64,000 bases of DNA, taken from NCBI GenBank assembly GCA_944349905.1, contig CALVNR010000001.1:66550-130549 (forward strand), given 5' to 3'. Below, in pieces: positions 38,201 through 47,649 of this stretch. How positions within the stretch are numbered: position 1 is the first letter of the stretch; the number at the start of each line of letters is the position of its first letter. A program made the translations under genes and the position numbers. This DNA is from an uncultured Clostridia bacterium. GTDB lineage: Bacteria; Bacillota; Clostridia; Christensenellales; UBA1242. The notes beneath the pieces were generated by a model. That model was not told where the DNA came from, ran no database searches, and was given only the letters and a program-made list of their open reading frames with translations.

Positions 38201-41200
38201 TACACTGATAGAGAGTTCTGCTTTTAGTGGGTGTTCAAATCTTAATATTATAAATTTTGAAGAAGGCTCTAAGATGCAAACAATTAATGGGTCATATTTC
38301 GCTGGTTCTCAACCTAATGTTATTATCTTAAACACTGAAAATGTGCCTACTTTTGAAGGAACAATAAATGCAAAGACTACAAAAATTTATGTTCCTACCG
38401 AAAGCGTTGAAACTTACAAAACAGCAGATGTTTGGTCTACTTATGCTGATAAAATTATTGGAATAGATAAAATAATCAAAGATGAGAATTTTATTTATGA
38501 AATATTAGATGATGGCAATTTGGAACTAGTAATGCTACATAATTTTGATGCAACGAAAATTTCTATTCCAGAGACTTTTGACGAAAAAAATATTACAACA
38601 ATTGGAGCATATGCATTTAGTTCTACAAAATTAACAAATCTTGAACTTCCTGCGACTATTACTTCAATTAAAGATTATGCTTTCTATAATTTAACAAATT
38701 TAAATATACTTACCTTAAATATGAAAACTTTACCAAAAATTACAAATAATACTTTAAATAATTTAAAAATTGAAAGTAACGATAAGATTTATGTACCTAC
38801 GGAAAGTATAGATTTATATAAAACAAGTGGTCAATATCCTAATTATTGGTCAAGTTATTCTAATTACATATTTGGTTTGGAACAAAGAGTTTATGATGAA
38901 AACTTTGAATATTTTGTAAAAGAAGATGGAACTTTACAGGTTTATGCTCTAATTAATAAAAATCTTGTTGATGTAGTTGTACCTGGTAGTGTAGATGGTA
39001 AGGTAGTAACAACTATTGGTCAAGATTTATTTAAAGATAATACTACTATTGAAACTGTGACTTTTACAAAGGGCTTGGTAGAGATAGAAAAAAATGCTTT
39101 TAGTGGTTGTTCTAGTTTAAGAGAAATTAATTTTGTTTCAACTTTAACGACAATAGGAAATTATGCATTTTATAATTGTTCTTCATTACAAGAGTTAACA
39201 TTACCTAATACAGAAATTTCAATAGGGTCCTATGCTTTTAGTGGTTGCGATAGTATAGTGAGTTTAGTGATACCTTCAACAATAACAACAATTAAAGATT
39301 ATGCATTTGCTGAAATGGATGGATTAAATATGGTTGAGTTTGAAGATGGTTCTATGTTAACTCAATTAGGAACTTATGTTTTCTCAAATAATACAAATCT
39401 TCAATCGGTATCCTTTGGAGACAATTCTTCTCTTGAAGTATTGGGACAAGACATATTTTACTCTTGTCAAAACCTTACAACAGTAGATTTTGGTATGGGT
39501 ACAAAGTTAGAAGAAATCGGTGCAAGTGCTTTTTCAAATTGCAAAAACTTAACAAATATTTTTATTCCTGCTTCGGTTGAAAGCATTGGCAATTATACTT
39601 TCCAAAATACAAACTTAACAAACATTAACATACCTGCAAGTGTACAAACTATTGGAGAAAGAGCGTTTGCTGATTGTGAAAATTTGAGCAGTGTAACATT
39701 TGAAGGAGAGTCAACAATTCAAACTATTGGTAATTATGCTTTCAAAAATACAAACTTAAAAACTATTGAATTACCTGCATCTTTAACTACACTTAACGAT
39801 TATGCTTTCTACAATTGCTCTAATTTAGCAAACATCACATTGCTTGGTGCTCCACCATCAATCAATGGAAGTTCTGGCCTTAACAGTATCAATGCGATTT
39901 ATGTTAAGATTGATTATTATGAAGATTATCTTGCTTCATCAACATGGCAATCTTATGCAAATAAAATATTTGCTATTGAAGAAAAGATAATGGATGAACA
40001 ATTTATTTACAGAATATACGATGACGGACTTGAAATTGCTGTTAATTTACAACCAAAAGCAAGTGTTGTTCAAATACCATCTAGTGTAGGCATTTATGAT
40101 GTTACAAAAATATCAGCAAATGTTTTTGCTGGAAACCAAAATTTGAATGTGATTCAAATTCCTGCTACCATAAAAGAAATAGAAGATGGTTCTTTTGAAA
40201 ATTGTAGCAATTTAAAAAGCTTAGTTTTTGAAGAGAACAGTCAATTGACAAGAATTGGAAATTCTGTATTTAAAAACACTTCAATTTCTAGTGTTACCAT
40301 CCCTGAAAACGTAGTAGAAATTGATGATTATGGATTTGCTTATAAAAATTATAATTCCAGTGGAATTATTAGTTTGGATTTAACAAAGGCTACAAAACTT
40401 GAAAGAATTGGAGATTATGCTTTTGCTGATTCAAATATAAGTAGTTTGGTAATTCCAAAATCTGTTAAAAATATTGGAGTAGGAGCATTCAGTTCATACC
40501 AATTAAGCGATATTACTTTGTTAAGTGATGTTCCTCCTACAATTTCTCAAAATTCTTTCCCAAGTAATCTAAAATTTATTTATGTTTATGGTGATGAGGC
40601 TGTTGAAACTTACAAACAGTATTGCATAGACGGAACAAATGGGTGGCCTTCACAATATCAAAACATTATATTAAACAAAGACAAAATTGTAGAAACAGAT
40701 AGTTTGACTGCTTACATAAAAGAAGACAATACGCTTGAAATAATAAATATAAAAAGATATATTGGCTCAGAATTAATTATTCCTGCCGAAATAGATGGAC
40801 ATCAAGTTACAAGTCTTTCTTCAAACTTAACATCAATTCCAGAAATTATAACATTTGAAGGTGAAATACCACCATCAATTCCAGCAAGGCTTAATTATGT
40901 AAAACAAATTTTTGTTTTAAGTGATGAGGCAGTTGCAAATTATAAACAATATTGTTCTGAGAATAAAGAAGGTTGGTCAAGTGTTTTAGAAAGTAAAATT
41001 TACAATAAAAACAAGATAATAAAAACTTTGTCACTTATATTCTACGAAAAACCTGATGGAACTTTGGATGTAATTGGTCTAGTTGATGATGAAGCTCAAA
41101 ACATCTATATCCCAGACATGGTTAATGATAAAAAAGTTACAAGTGTGTCTATAAATCTTTATGCCGGAAAGTTAACAAGTGTAACTTTTGAAAGTCAAGA

Positions 41201-42038
41201 TGCTCCTGTTTTAACTAATACAACTCCAAGTACTTTTAGCTCATTAAACATAATTTATGTATCAACTGATGAAGCTGTTGAAAACTATAAATATAAGTGT
41301 GATAATAGTATTGACGGTTGGTCGCCAGAATTAAAATCTTTGATTTTTAATCAAAACAACTTTGGTTCTAATAATGATTACGAATACTACATAAATAGTG
41401 ATGATTCTGTTTCAATTATTACGATTAAAAACCTATATTCAAATGCAGTAATTATTCCAGATACAATAGATGGAAAAGCTGTAACAGGTCTCGGGAAAGA
41501 GTTGTTTGCTGGAAAATATAATATTCAAAGTGTTACATTGCCAGCAAGCATAAAAGAAATAGGTAACGGAGCGTTTCAAAATTGTCAAAATTTGACATCT
41601 ATTAATTTACAAGATTGCACACAGCTTGAAAAAATAGGAAATAATGCTTTTATGTTTTGTTCTAGAATTCAATCTATTACATTGCCTGCAAGTGTAAAAG
41701 AAATAGGCGATTCAGCATTTCAATATTGTCAAAGCTTAACATCAATTAATTTGCAAGAATGTACTCAACTTGAATCAATTGGGGATATGACATTTGTTGG
41801 TTGTTCAAGTTTACAATCTATCGTGATTCCAGCAAGTGTTACTTCAATAGGAGCAAATGCATTTGTTTCAACTTCATTAACTAGTATAACATTTAAAAAT
41901 ACTATCGGCTGGCAAATTTCACAAGATGGGCAAAATGACTGGATAGATTTGGATGTTGATTTGTCTGTTTTGAAAAATGCTATTGATGCTTTGAGTAATA
42001 CATATGCCTCTTATTATTGGCAAAGAGTTGAAGCTTAA
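35298..42038 (+). CDS. giant BspA-type leucine-rich-repeat cell-surface protein (2246 aa)
   Basis: N-terminal signal anchor and a (EP)n linker. Dozens of about 23-aa repeats of the form IP.sV..IG..AF..C..L..I. Recurring module ends IYVPTESVE.YK...W..Y..KI. Confidence 0.85.
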   Translation: MEKKTKNKLLSILLVLVLILTAGLVLVFVFINQNSKNKVKASGEFTFNVESGVNAKVKGSVSGAESINTLNELNFSDTTSPTETDLNSWKQEFVFTEKQEDIVVKFDITNLHTENSMIVKVVDNAENVEGLNKTILQNDLIYQSGSEYNLKSGASLNYTITFSLSDNYDGNIENFNYNYTIIMENVVDEEPEPEPEPEPEPKPEPEPEPEPEPEPTNPVETNDEEKGSIEYEVTEDEIEIVAQPKENNILIGYKNNDTGKFERVNALDGDTIYVLTNLLSRYLTNFDFICNFFVDNTLIELPSVEQLDEMIAQIEMGYQIGEITEFDYNIYVKGLNNIKNYTQGKIYHNFNYSENNSYTAVFADKNNTKMIEDENFVYKVYNDANVAVVTELKNNQKTEVAIPEEVEGNMVVGIEIEVGKTGPVWNNNPILQKLTLPNTFLTIGYSWFVNNSSLTEIVLPASLKEITFSSFSACSSLKKVTFEEGSQLKEIGMGCFINCTSLESVQLPNTVEKIGMSAFAMTNLSALPYTMDSNIKYIGEYAFQYCYNIRTLYLPNNVETVGKYAFDSCCNSKGTSSASGELILQEELTLKELPEYIFQNCNMLEEIVIPNGIEKIGNGTFYDCNPKKIVISETVKEIGENAFYFSQMSYGKGEEIIFEENSHLETIGKNAFYAFGKVESLTIPSSVKTIGDNAFDTVNITKLIFEDNCQIESIGSRAFSSIYEYENTKSCTLPETINYLGADAFWFNKTQTITFTNPEPAQISTSIFLNNVSKIYVPTESVEAYKTADVWSTYADKIFGVDKKVEDENLLYHVKDDGTLEIIANKTLSGLRLVIPESVEGKTVTSIASKALSNLNVQHLVIPKTIKEIGKCGIGGEFRKDNTSSLISIWIDENSQLENVGEYAFGYNQNLVSINLENANQLQYIGKYAFYYCTSLQSMTLPSSLLTVAEGMLSNCSSIKEINIDANATLIESSAFSGCSNLNIINFEEGSKMQTINGSYFAGSQPNVIILNTENVPTFEGTINAKTTKIYVPTESVETYKTADVWSTYADKIIGIDKIIKDENFIYEILDDGNLELVMLHNFDATKISIPETFDEKNITTIGAYAFSSTKLTNLELPATITSIKDYAFYNLTNLNILTLNMKTLPKITNNTLNNLKIESNDKIYVPTESIDLYKTSGQYPNYWSSYSNYIFGLEQRVYDENFEYFVKEDGTLQVYALINKNLVDVVVPGSVDGKVVTTIGQDLFKDNTTIETVTFTKGLVEIEKNAFSGCSSLREINFVSTLTTIGNYAFYNCSSLQELTLPNTEISIGSYAFSGCDSIVSLVIPSTITTIKDYAFAEMDGLNMVEFEDGSMLTQLGTYVFSNNTNLQSVSFGDNSSLEVLGQDIFYSCQNLTTVDFGMGTKLEEIGASAFSNCKNLTNIFIPASVESIGNYTFQNTNLTNINIPASVQTIGERAFADCENLSSVTFEGESTIQTIGNYAFKNTNLKTIELPASLTTLNDYAFYNCSNLANITLLGAPPSINGSSGLNSINAIYVKIDYYEDYLASSTWQSYANKIFAIEEKIMDEQFIYRIYDDGLEIAVNLQPKASVVQIPSSVGIYDVTKISANVFAGNQNLNVIQIPATIKEIEDGSFENCSNLKSLVFEENSQLTRIGNSVFKNTSISSVTIPENVVEIDDYGFAYKNYNSSGIISLDLTKATKLERIGDYAFADSNISSLVIPKSVKNIGVGAFSSYQLSDITLLSDVPPTISQNSFPSNLKFIYVYGDEAVETYKQYCIDGTNGWPSQYQNIILNKDKIVETDSLTAYIKEDNTLEIINIKRYIGSELIIPAEIDGHQVTSLSSNLTSIPEIITFEGEIPPSIPARLNYVKQIFVLSDEAVANYKQYCSENKEGWSSVLESKIYNKNKIIKTLSLIFYEKPDGTLDVIGLVDDEAQNIYIPDMVNDKKVTSVSINLYAGKLTSVTFESQDAPVLTNTTPSTFSSLNIIYVSTDEAVENYKYKCDNSIDGWSPELKSLIFNQNNFGSNNDYEYYINSDDSVSIITIKNLYSNAVIIPDTIDGKAVTGLGKELFAGKYNIQSVTLPASIKEIGNGAFQNCQNLTSINLQDCTQLEKIGNNAFMFCSRIQSITLPASVKEIGDSAFQYCQSLTSINLQECTQLESIGDMTFVGCSSLQSIVIPASVTSIGANAFVSTSLTSITFKNTIGWQISQDGQNDWIDLDVDLSVLKNAIDALSNTYASYYWQRVEA
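35865..35942 (+). repeat. 13 x 6-nt tandem repeat (GARCCW) encoding a Glu-Pro linker
   Basis: Direct reading: gaacct/gagcca units. Translated as EPEPEPEPEPEPKPEPEPEPEPEPEP. Confidence 0.95.
37616..37691 (+). repeat. intragenic direct repeat, copy A (76 nt)
   Basis: Identical to 38381-38456 except for one base (gaaGctt versus gaaActt). The copies are 765 nt apart and in frame. Confidence 0.95.
38381..38456 (+). repeat. intragenic direct repeat, copy B (76 nt)
   Basis: See copy A. A third, diverged copy lies near 38790-38860. Confidence 0.95.
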
Positions 42039-42055
42039 ATAAATATTTAAGCAAA

Positions 42056-42091
42056 CAAAAAACTTATAGGGTTGCCCTATAAGTTTTTTTG
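42056..42091 (+). terminator. intrinsic terminator
   Basis: ACTTATAGGG/CCCTATAAGT hairpin plus T7. Confidence 0.85.
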
Positions 42092-42188
42092 TTTTATGAG
42101 TTTTAAAGTGCTTTTGTTTTTATTTTAAATTTGACTTTTTTTTGTTAAAAATGTTTGCTTAATATTAAAATTTTGTTAAAATATAGTC

Positions 42189-44384
42189 ATGGAATACGAT
42201 TTAAATACTCTAAATGATGAACAAATGCAAGCATTAAAACAAATTGAGGGCGCAGTTTTGGTTACTGCTGGTGCAGGCAGTGGGAAAACAAGACTTCTCA
42301 CTCATAGAATTGCTTATCTTATAAAAGAATTAGGGGAAAGTCCATATAGCATTTTGGCTATAACTTTTACCAATAAAGCTTCAAAAGAGATGAAAACAAG
42401 AATTTGTGATATGGTTGAAAATGCTGATAAAGTATGGATTTCTACATTTCACTCAATGTGCGTGCGTATTTTAAGACAAGATATTGCGTTGCTTCCACCT
42501 TACACAAAAGACTTTACCATTTATAGTGAAAGTGATAGCGAAAAAGTGGTAAAAAAAGTTCTTGAAACTTTAAATTTTAAAGATGAAAAATTTAAAAAAG
42601 TTTTTACCTATCATTTGTCTGCATATAAAAATTCTGGGCAGAGTTTGCCAGATTATTTGAACTCGCATGCTTGTGAATTTCCTATGACTGATGTAGGAAA
42701 GGCTATTGTTTTGTATGATGATTACTTAAAAAAGAATAATGCTCTTGATTTTGATGATTTGCTTTTAAAAACAATAGAACTGTTTAAAACAAATCCACAA
42801 GTATTATTTCATTATTCAAATAGATTTCGTTATATTTTGGTTGATGAATTTCAAGATACAAATACAGTGCAATACAATCTTGTAAAAATGCTTGCAAGTG
42901 AGCATGGTAATATCTTTGTGGTGGGAGATGAAGACCAATGTATTTATTCTTGGCGTGGAGCAAATTTTCAAAATATTTTTAATTTTAAAAAAGACTTTAA
43001 AGATGTCAAGGTATTCAAACTTGAAAGAAATTATAGGTCTAGTGAAAGTATTTTGCAAGTAGCAAACAATGTCATAAAAAACAATACTTCTAGACTTGAC
43101 AAAAATATGTGGACTAAAAAACAGGGTGGGGATAAACCTGTTTTATATAATGCTTATGATGAAAGAGATGAAGCACTTTTCGTTGCTCAAAACATAGAAA
43201 GATTTGTTTTGCAAGGCTATAATTATGATGATATTGCTGTTCTTATGAGAATCAACGCTTTGTCTAGAAGTTTTGAAGAGGCTTTTTTATCTTACAATAT
43301 CCCACATAGAATTTATGGCGGTTTTAAATTTTACGAAAGAGCAGAAATCAAGAATTTAATCAGTTATTTGCGTATTTTTGTAAACCCAAAAGATGATATC
43401 TCTTTTGCTAGGATAATTAATGTCCCTAAGCGTGGTATTGGCGACGGAACTCTTGCAAAATTAGAAATAATTGGACAAGGCAAATCTTTTGTTGAGACTT
43501 TGCTCGATGATGATTTTAAACAAGAACTTATTTATAAAAAATTTGAAGATTTTGCAAGTATTTACAAAGATTTACAAGTTTCTTTTAATGGATGTAAAAT
43601 ATCAGAATTTGTAGAAAATGTTATTAACAAATTTTCATTAAAATCTATGTATAACCCATCAATTGAAGAAGACTTAAATAAAATTTTGAACATAGAACAA
43701 TTTGTTTCTTCGGTTAAAGATTACGAAGCATTAAATCCAAATGCTAGTTTAAGTGAGTTTTTGGAAATGATAACTTTAAGTTCAGATGCAGATGAAATTG
43801 GGCAAGGTGGTGCTGTAACTATTGCAACTGTTCATGCAGTAAAAGGACTAGAATTTAAAGTGGTTTTTATAATTGGTTTAGAAGAAGGTGTTTTTCCTAT
43901 TTCTAGGGCATTTAATAGTAATCATGAATTAGAAGAAGAAAGGCGTCTTATGTATGTTGCAATTACTCGTGCAGAAGAAAAACTTTTTATGAGTCATTGT
44001 TCAAAAAGGTATTTATATCAATCTAGTCAATATCAAATGCCAAGTAGATTTTGTAGAGAACTTGGTTTGTTGTCTTTTGAGAAACCAAAAGAGAAAAAAC
44101 TATTTGATTTTGTTTCAAATTCAAATTATAGTCAATCTTATGATTGCTCAAAAGAAAAATTTAACAACGGCTGCATAATCAACAAAGAACAATTCTTCAA
44201 AAAAGAAGAGAAAGAAAGGAAAGATGTTTCAATTTACAAAGTTGGTCAAAAAGTATCGCATCCACGGTTTGGTGAAGGTGAAATTGTATCAATTTCAGAA
44301 GATGGACTTGTTGGTGATATAATATTTGAAGATTTTGGCAAAAAAAGTTTAATGCTAGAACTTGCGCCACTTGAAATTTTATAG
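42189..44384 (+). CDS. pcrA: ATP-dependent DNA helicase PcrA (UvrD family)
   Basis: Motif I AGAGSGKTR, motif II VDEFQDTN, motif V/VI TVHAVKGLEF...YVAITRA. Followed by ligA, as in Bacillus. Confidence 0.92.
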   Translation: MEYDLNTLNDEQMQALKQIEGAVLVTAGAGSGKTRLLTHRIAYLIKELGESPYSILAITFTNKASKEMKTRICDMVENADKVWISTFHSMCVRILRQDIALLPPYTKDFTIYSESDSEKVVKKVLETLNFKDEKFKKVFTYHLSAYKNSGQSLPDYLNSHACEFPMTDVGKAIVLYDDYLKKNNALDFDDLLLKTIELFKTNPQVLFHYSNRFRYILVDEFQDTNTVQYNLVKMLASEHGNIFVVGDEDQCIYSWRGANFQNIFNFKKDFKDVKVFKLERNYRSSESILQVANNVIKNNTSRLDKNMWTKKQGGDKPVLYNAYDERDEALFVAQNIERFVLQGYNYDDIAVLMRINALSRSFEEAFLSYNIPHRIYGGFKFYERAEIKNLISYLRIFVNPKDDISFARIINVPKRGIGDGTLAKLEIIGQGKSFVETLLDDDFKQELIYKKFEDFASIYKDLQVSFNGCKISEFVENVINKFSLKSMYNPSIEEDLNKILNIEQFVSSVKDYEALNPNASLSEFLEMITLSSDADEIGQGGAVTIATVHAVKGLEFKVVFIIGLEEGVFPISRAFNSNHELEEERRLMYVAITRAEEKLFMSHCSKRYLYQSSQYQMPSRFCRELGLLSFEKPKEKKLFDFVSNSNYSQSYDCSKEKFNNGCIINKEQFFKKEEKERKDVSIYKVGQKVSHPRFGEGEIVSISEDGLVGDIIFEDFGKKSLMLELAPLEIL

Positions 44385-44393
44385 GAGATAATT

Positions 44394-46343
44394 ATGGAAA
44401 AACTAGATTTAATGAAAAATCTAATTAAAGAAATTGACAAACACAATTACAATTATTATGTTTTGGATAAGCCTGTTATTTCTGATAAAGAGTATGATAA
44501 ACTTTACTATACTCTTGTTGATTTAGAAAAAGAAACAGGAATTGTTTTGCCATATTCTCCAACATTGAGAGTAGGTGGTGAGGTTTTAGATGGCTTTGAA
44601 AAAAAGAAACATGTTGTTGAACTTTATTCTTTAAATAAAGTTAGAGATTTCCAAGATTTAACTAACTGGACGATAGAGATGCAAAAACAGGCAAACAACA
44701 CAGAGTTTGCTCTTGAATATAAATTTGATGGTTTGCAAATCGTTTTGGAATATGAAAACGGAATTTTTAAAAATGCAACTACTCGTGGTAATGGAAGTAT
44801 TGGAGAAGATGTTACTGCTCAAATTAAAACAATTAAATCTGTTCCTTTGAAAATTAATTTTAAGTCTCATCTTATTGTGCAAGGTGAGTGTATGATGACA
44901 AATAAAAATTTTGCTCTTTATAATAAAACTGCAACAGAAAAATTGAAAAATCCAAGAAATGCTGCTGCCGGCGCTGTTCGCAACTTGGATCCAAAAGAAA
45001 CGGCAAAAAGAAATCTTGATTATTTTTGTTATTCAATTCTTTTATGTGAAGGAGAAAAGTTTGAAACACAGGCACAAATGCATGATTTTTTGATTAAAAA
45101 TGGTTTTCAAACGGGAGATTATTTCAAAATATGCAAAAATGCACAAGAGATTATTGATTATATAAAAGAAGTTGACAAAATTAAAACAAAATTAGATGTA
45201 ATGATTGATGGCATGGTCATTAAAATTAATAATGTTTCAAATAGAGAAAAAATAGGATATACTGCAAAATTTCCTAAATGGGCGATGGCTTATAAATTTG
45301 AAGCATTGGAAGTGACTACTCGTCTTAATGATGTTGTTTGGCAGGTGGGAAGAACTGGAAGAGTAACACCTATTGCGTTGCTTGAACCTGTTGAACTTGC
45401 AGGTGCCACTGTTTCAAGGGCAACTTTAAATAATATTGAAGATATAGAAAGAAAAAATCTCTATAAAAAAGCAAGTGTTTTTGTAAGAAGAAGTAATGAG
45501 GTTATACCAGAAGTCATGGGGCTTGCTGAAAAATTTGATTATAGCGAGAAAATTGTATTACCAAAAGTTTGTCCAAGTTGTCAAAGTATACTTGAACAAA
45601 AAGGCCCATTGTTATTCTGTAAAAATCACTTTAATTGTCCACAGCAAGTCGTTGATAGACTTTCGCATTTTGCAAGCAGAGATGCAATGAATATAGAAGG
45701 TCTTTTTGAAAAAACAATAGAAGCATTTTATAAAAATTTTAATGTAAGAGAAATAAGTGATTTGTATAGAATAAAGAAAGAACAACTTTTAACATTAGAT
45801 AAATTTAAAGATAAAAAAGCAGAAAACATAATGTCTGCTCTTGAAAAAAGCAAAAAAGTTGAACTTTCAAAATTTATCTATGCTATTGGTATTGAAGAAG
45901 TTGGCAAAAAAACAGCGAAAGACCTTGCAAAACATTTTAAATCTTACGAAAATTTAAAAAATGCTAACATTGAACAACTTTTGCAAGTTGGCGACATTGG
46001 AGATATCATAGCAAAAAATATATTGGATTATTTTGATGACAAAAACAATATTAAAGAAATTGAAGACTTGTTTGCACAAGGTATAACTTTGATAGAATTT
46101 AAAGAGAAATTGGAAGATAATAGGTTTAATAATATGACTTTTGTAATAACAGGGACCTTATCAAAACCTAGAAAAGAATTTGAACAAATTATTGAAAACT
46201 TCGGTGGTAAATGCAGTGGAAGTGTATCAAAAAATACAAATTATGTTTTGGTTGGAGAAGATGCTGGCTCTAAACTTGACAAAGCAAAAGAATTGAAAAT
46301 TAAAATAATTAATGAAAAAGAGTTTAATGAAATGGTTAAGTAA
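44394..46343 (+). CDS. ligA: NAD-dependent DNA ligase
   Basis: Adenylation motif EYKFDG, Zn-finger CPSC...C..HFNC, HhH repeats, C-terminal BRCT (FVITGTL). Confidence 0.95.
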   Translation: MEKLDLMKNLIKEIDKHNYNYYVLDKPVISDKEYDKLYYTLVDLEKETGIVLPYSPTLRVGGEVLDGFEKKKHVVELYSLNKVRDFQDLTNWTIEMQKQANNTEFALEYKFDGLQIVLEYENGIFKNATTRGNGSIGEDVTAQIKTIKSVPLKINFKSHLIVQGECMMTNKNFALYNKTATEKLKNPRNAAAGAVRNLDPKETAKRNLDYFCYSILLCEGEKFETQAQMHDFLIKNGFQTGDYFKICKNAQEIIDYIKEVDKIKTKLDVMIDGMVIKINNVSNREKIGYTAKFPKWAMAYKFEALEVTTRLNDVVWQVGRTGRVTPIALLEPVELAGATVSRATLNNIEDIERKNLYKKASVFVRRSNEVIPEVMGLAEKFDYSEKIVLPKVCPSCQSILEQKGPLLFCKNHFNCPQQVVDRLSHFASRDAMNIEGLFEKTIEAFYKNFNVREISDLYRIKKEQLLTLDKFKDKKAENIMSALEKSKKVELSKFIYAIGIEEVGKKTAKDLAKHFKSYENLKNANIEQLLQVGDIGDIIAKNILDYFDDKNNIKEIEDLFAQGITLIEFKEKLEDNRFNNMTFVITGTLSKPRKEFEQIIENFGGKCSGSVSKNTNYVLVGEDAGSKLDKAKELKIKIINEKEFNEMVK

Positions 46344-46405
46344 ATTTTTCACTAAATTTTCTTTAAATTTTTCAAACAAATATTTTAAAATAAATAAAAA
46401 AATGC

Positions 46406-46433
46406 TTGACTTTGAAGGGAAATTAAGTATAAT
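46406..46433 (+). promoter_or_regulatory. strong sigma-A promoter of the str operon
   Basis: A-rich UP-like tract, TTGACT (46406-46411), 16-nt spacer, TATAAT (46428-46433). Confidence 0.65.
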
Positions 46434-46439
46434 TACACA

Positions 46440-46683
46440 TGTATGCTTCGTTGTCGGAGGCAGTGCTTTATTCTAAAAGGATAAGCATAAACAAACAGCA
46501 GGTGATTATTACTTGATTTCCATATCGCCGATTCGCATATTTGCTTGCGAAGTTGCACACTTGTGCAATCGTGTTGTTCATGTTTTACAAAAAGAAAAGC
46601 ATTTTTCACGCACGACAACAGTATAGTCGTGCTTTTTTAATCGACAAATCAATCTCTCGCTTGCGAGTTAAAAGGAGAACAAA
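46440..46683 (+). promoter_or_regulatory. long structured 5' leader of rpsL with an internal intrinsic terminator (46610-46638)
   Basis: About 245 nt lie between the promoter and the start codon. GCACGAC/GTCGTGC hairpin followed by T6, 45 nt upstream of the ATG. Several further hairpins (TATGCTT...AAGCATA, TTCGCA...TGCGAA, TTGCAC...GTGCAA). Confidence 0.55.
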
Positions 46684-47064
46684 ATGCCTACAATTAATCA
46701 ACTTGTTAGAAAAGGAAGAGAAACTTTTGAGAAAAAATCCAAATCTCCACTTTTGGAAGAATGTCCTCAAAAAAGAGGTGTTTGCCTTTCTGTAAGAACT
46801 GCAACTCCTAAAAAACCTAACTCTGCTCTTCGTAAAATTGCAAGAGTTAAACTTTCTAATGGACAAGAAGGAACTTGCTATATTCCTGGAATTGGGCACA
46901 ATCTTCAAGAGCACAGTGTTATTCTTGTAAGAGGTGGAAGAGTTAAGGACTTGCCTGGTGTAAGATATCACATTATTCGTGGAACTCTTGATACTGCTGG
47001 TGTTCAAAACAGAAAGCAATCTCGTTCAAAATATGGTGCAAAACGTCCAAAGAAAACAAAGTAA
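46684..47064 (+). CDS. rpsL: 30S ribosomal protein S12
   Basis: MPTINQL start, [26 protein letters not shown]. Confidence 0.98.
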   Translation: MPTINQLVRKGRETFEKKSKSPLLEECPQKRGVCLSVRTATPKKPNSALRKIARVKLSNGQEGTCYIPGIGHNLQEHSVILVRGGRVKDLPGVRYHIIRGTLDTAGVQNRKQSRSKYGAKRPKKTK

Positions 47065-47120
47065 TTTGACTTTGCTTTGAAAATAAAATTTTAAATTTAA
47101 TAAAAAAGGAGAAAATTATT

Positions 47121-47594
47121 ATGCCAAGAAGAAATTGTGCTGTCAAAAAAGATGTTCTCCCAGACCCAATTTATAAGAGCAAAGTTGTTACAAAACTTAT
47201 AAACCAGGTTATGGAATCTGGGAAAAAAGGACTTGCTCAAAGAATTGTATATGGAGCTTTTGACACAATAAAAGAAAAATTAGAACAAGAACCAATCGAA
47301 GTGTTTACAACAGCACTTGAAAATGTTAAACCTGTTCTTGAAACAAAATCAAGAAGAGTTGGTGGTGCTACTTACCAAGTACCTATGGAAATTAGACCAG
47401 AAAGAAGACAAACACTTGCTATCCGTTGGATTGTAGCTTTCGCTAGAAAAAGAACTGGTGAAAGAGGAATGCAAGCAAAACTTGCTGGTGAAATTATGGA
47501 TGCTTTCAACTCAACAGGTGGAGCTATCAAAAAACGTGATGAAATGCACAGAATGGCAGAAGCTAACAAGGCATTTGCTCACTTCAAATGGTAA
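47121..47594 (+). CDS. rpsG: 30S ribosomal protein S7
   Basis: MPRR start, DPIY..., [12 protein letters not shown] motif. Confidence 0.98.
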   Translation: MPRRNCAVKKDVLPDPIYKSKVVTKLINQVMESGKKGLAQRIVYGAFDTIKEKLEQEPIEVFTTALENVKPVLETKSRRVGGATYQVPMEIRPERRQTLAIRWIVAFARKRTGERGMQAKLAGEIMDAFNSTGGAIKKRDEMHRMAEANKAFAHFKW

Positions 47595-47649
47595 TTAAAA
47601 CATTTGAAAAAATATTTTAAACAAAAATCTATAAAATAGGAGAAAAAAT

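Noticed and set aside
46541-47019. 84-aa plus-strand ORF in the rpsL leader and 137-aa minus-strand ORF
   Set aside because: The first spans the leader hairpins and terminator and runs into rpsL out of frame, with no RBS. The second is antisense to rpsL.
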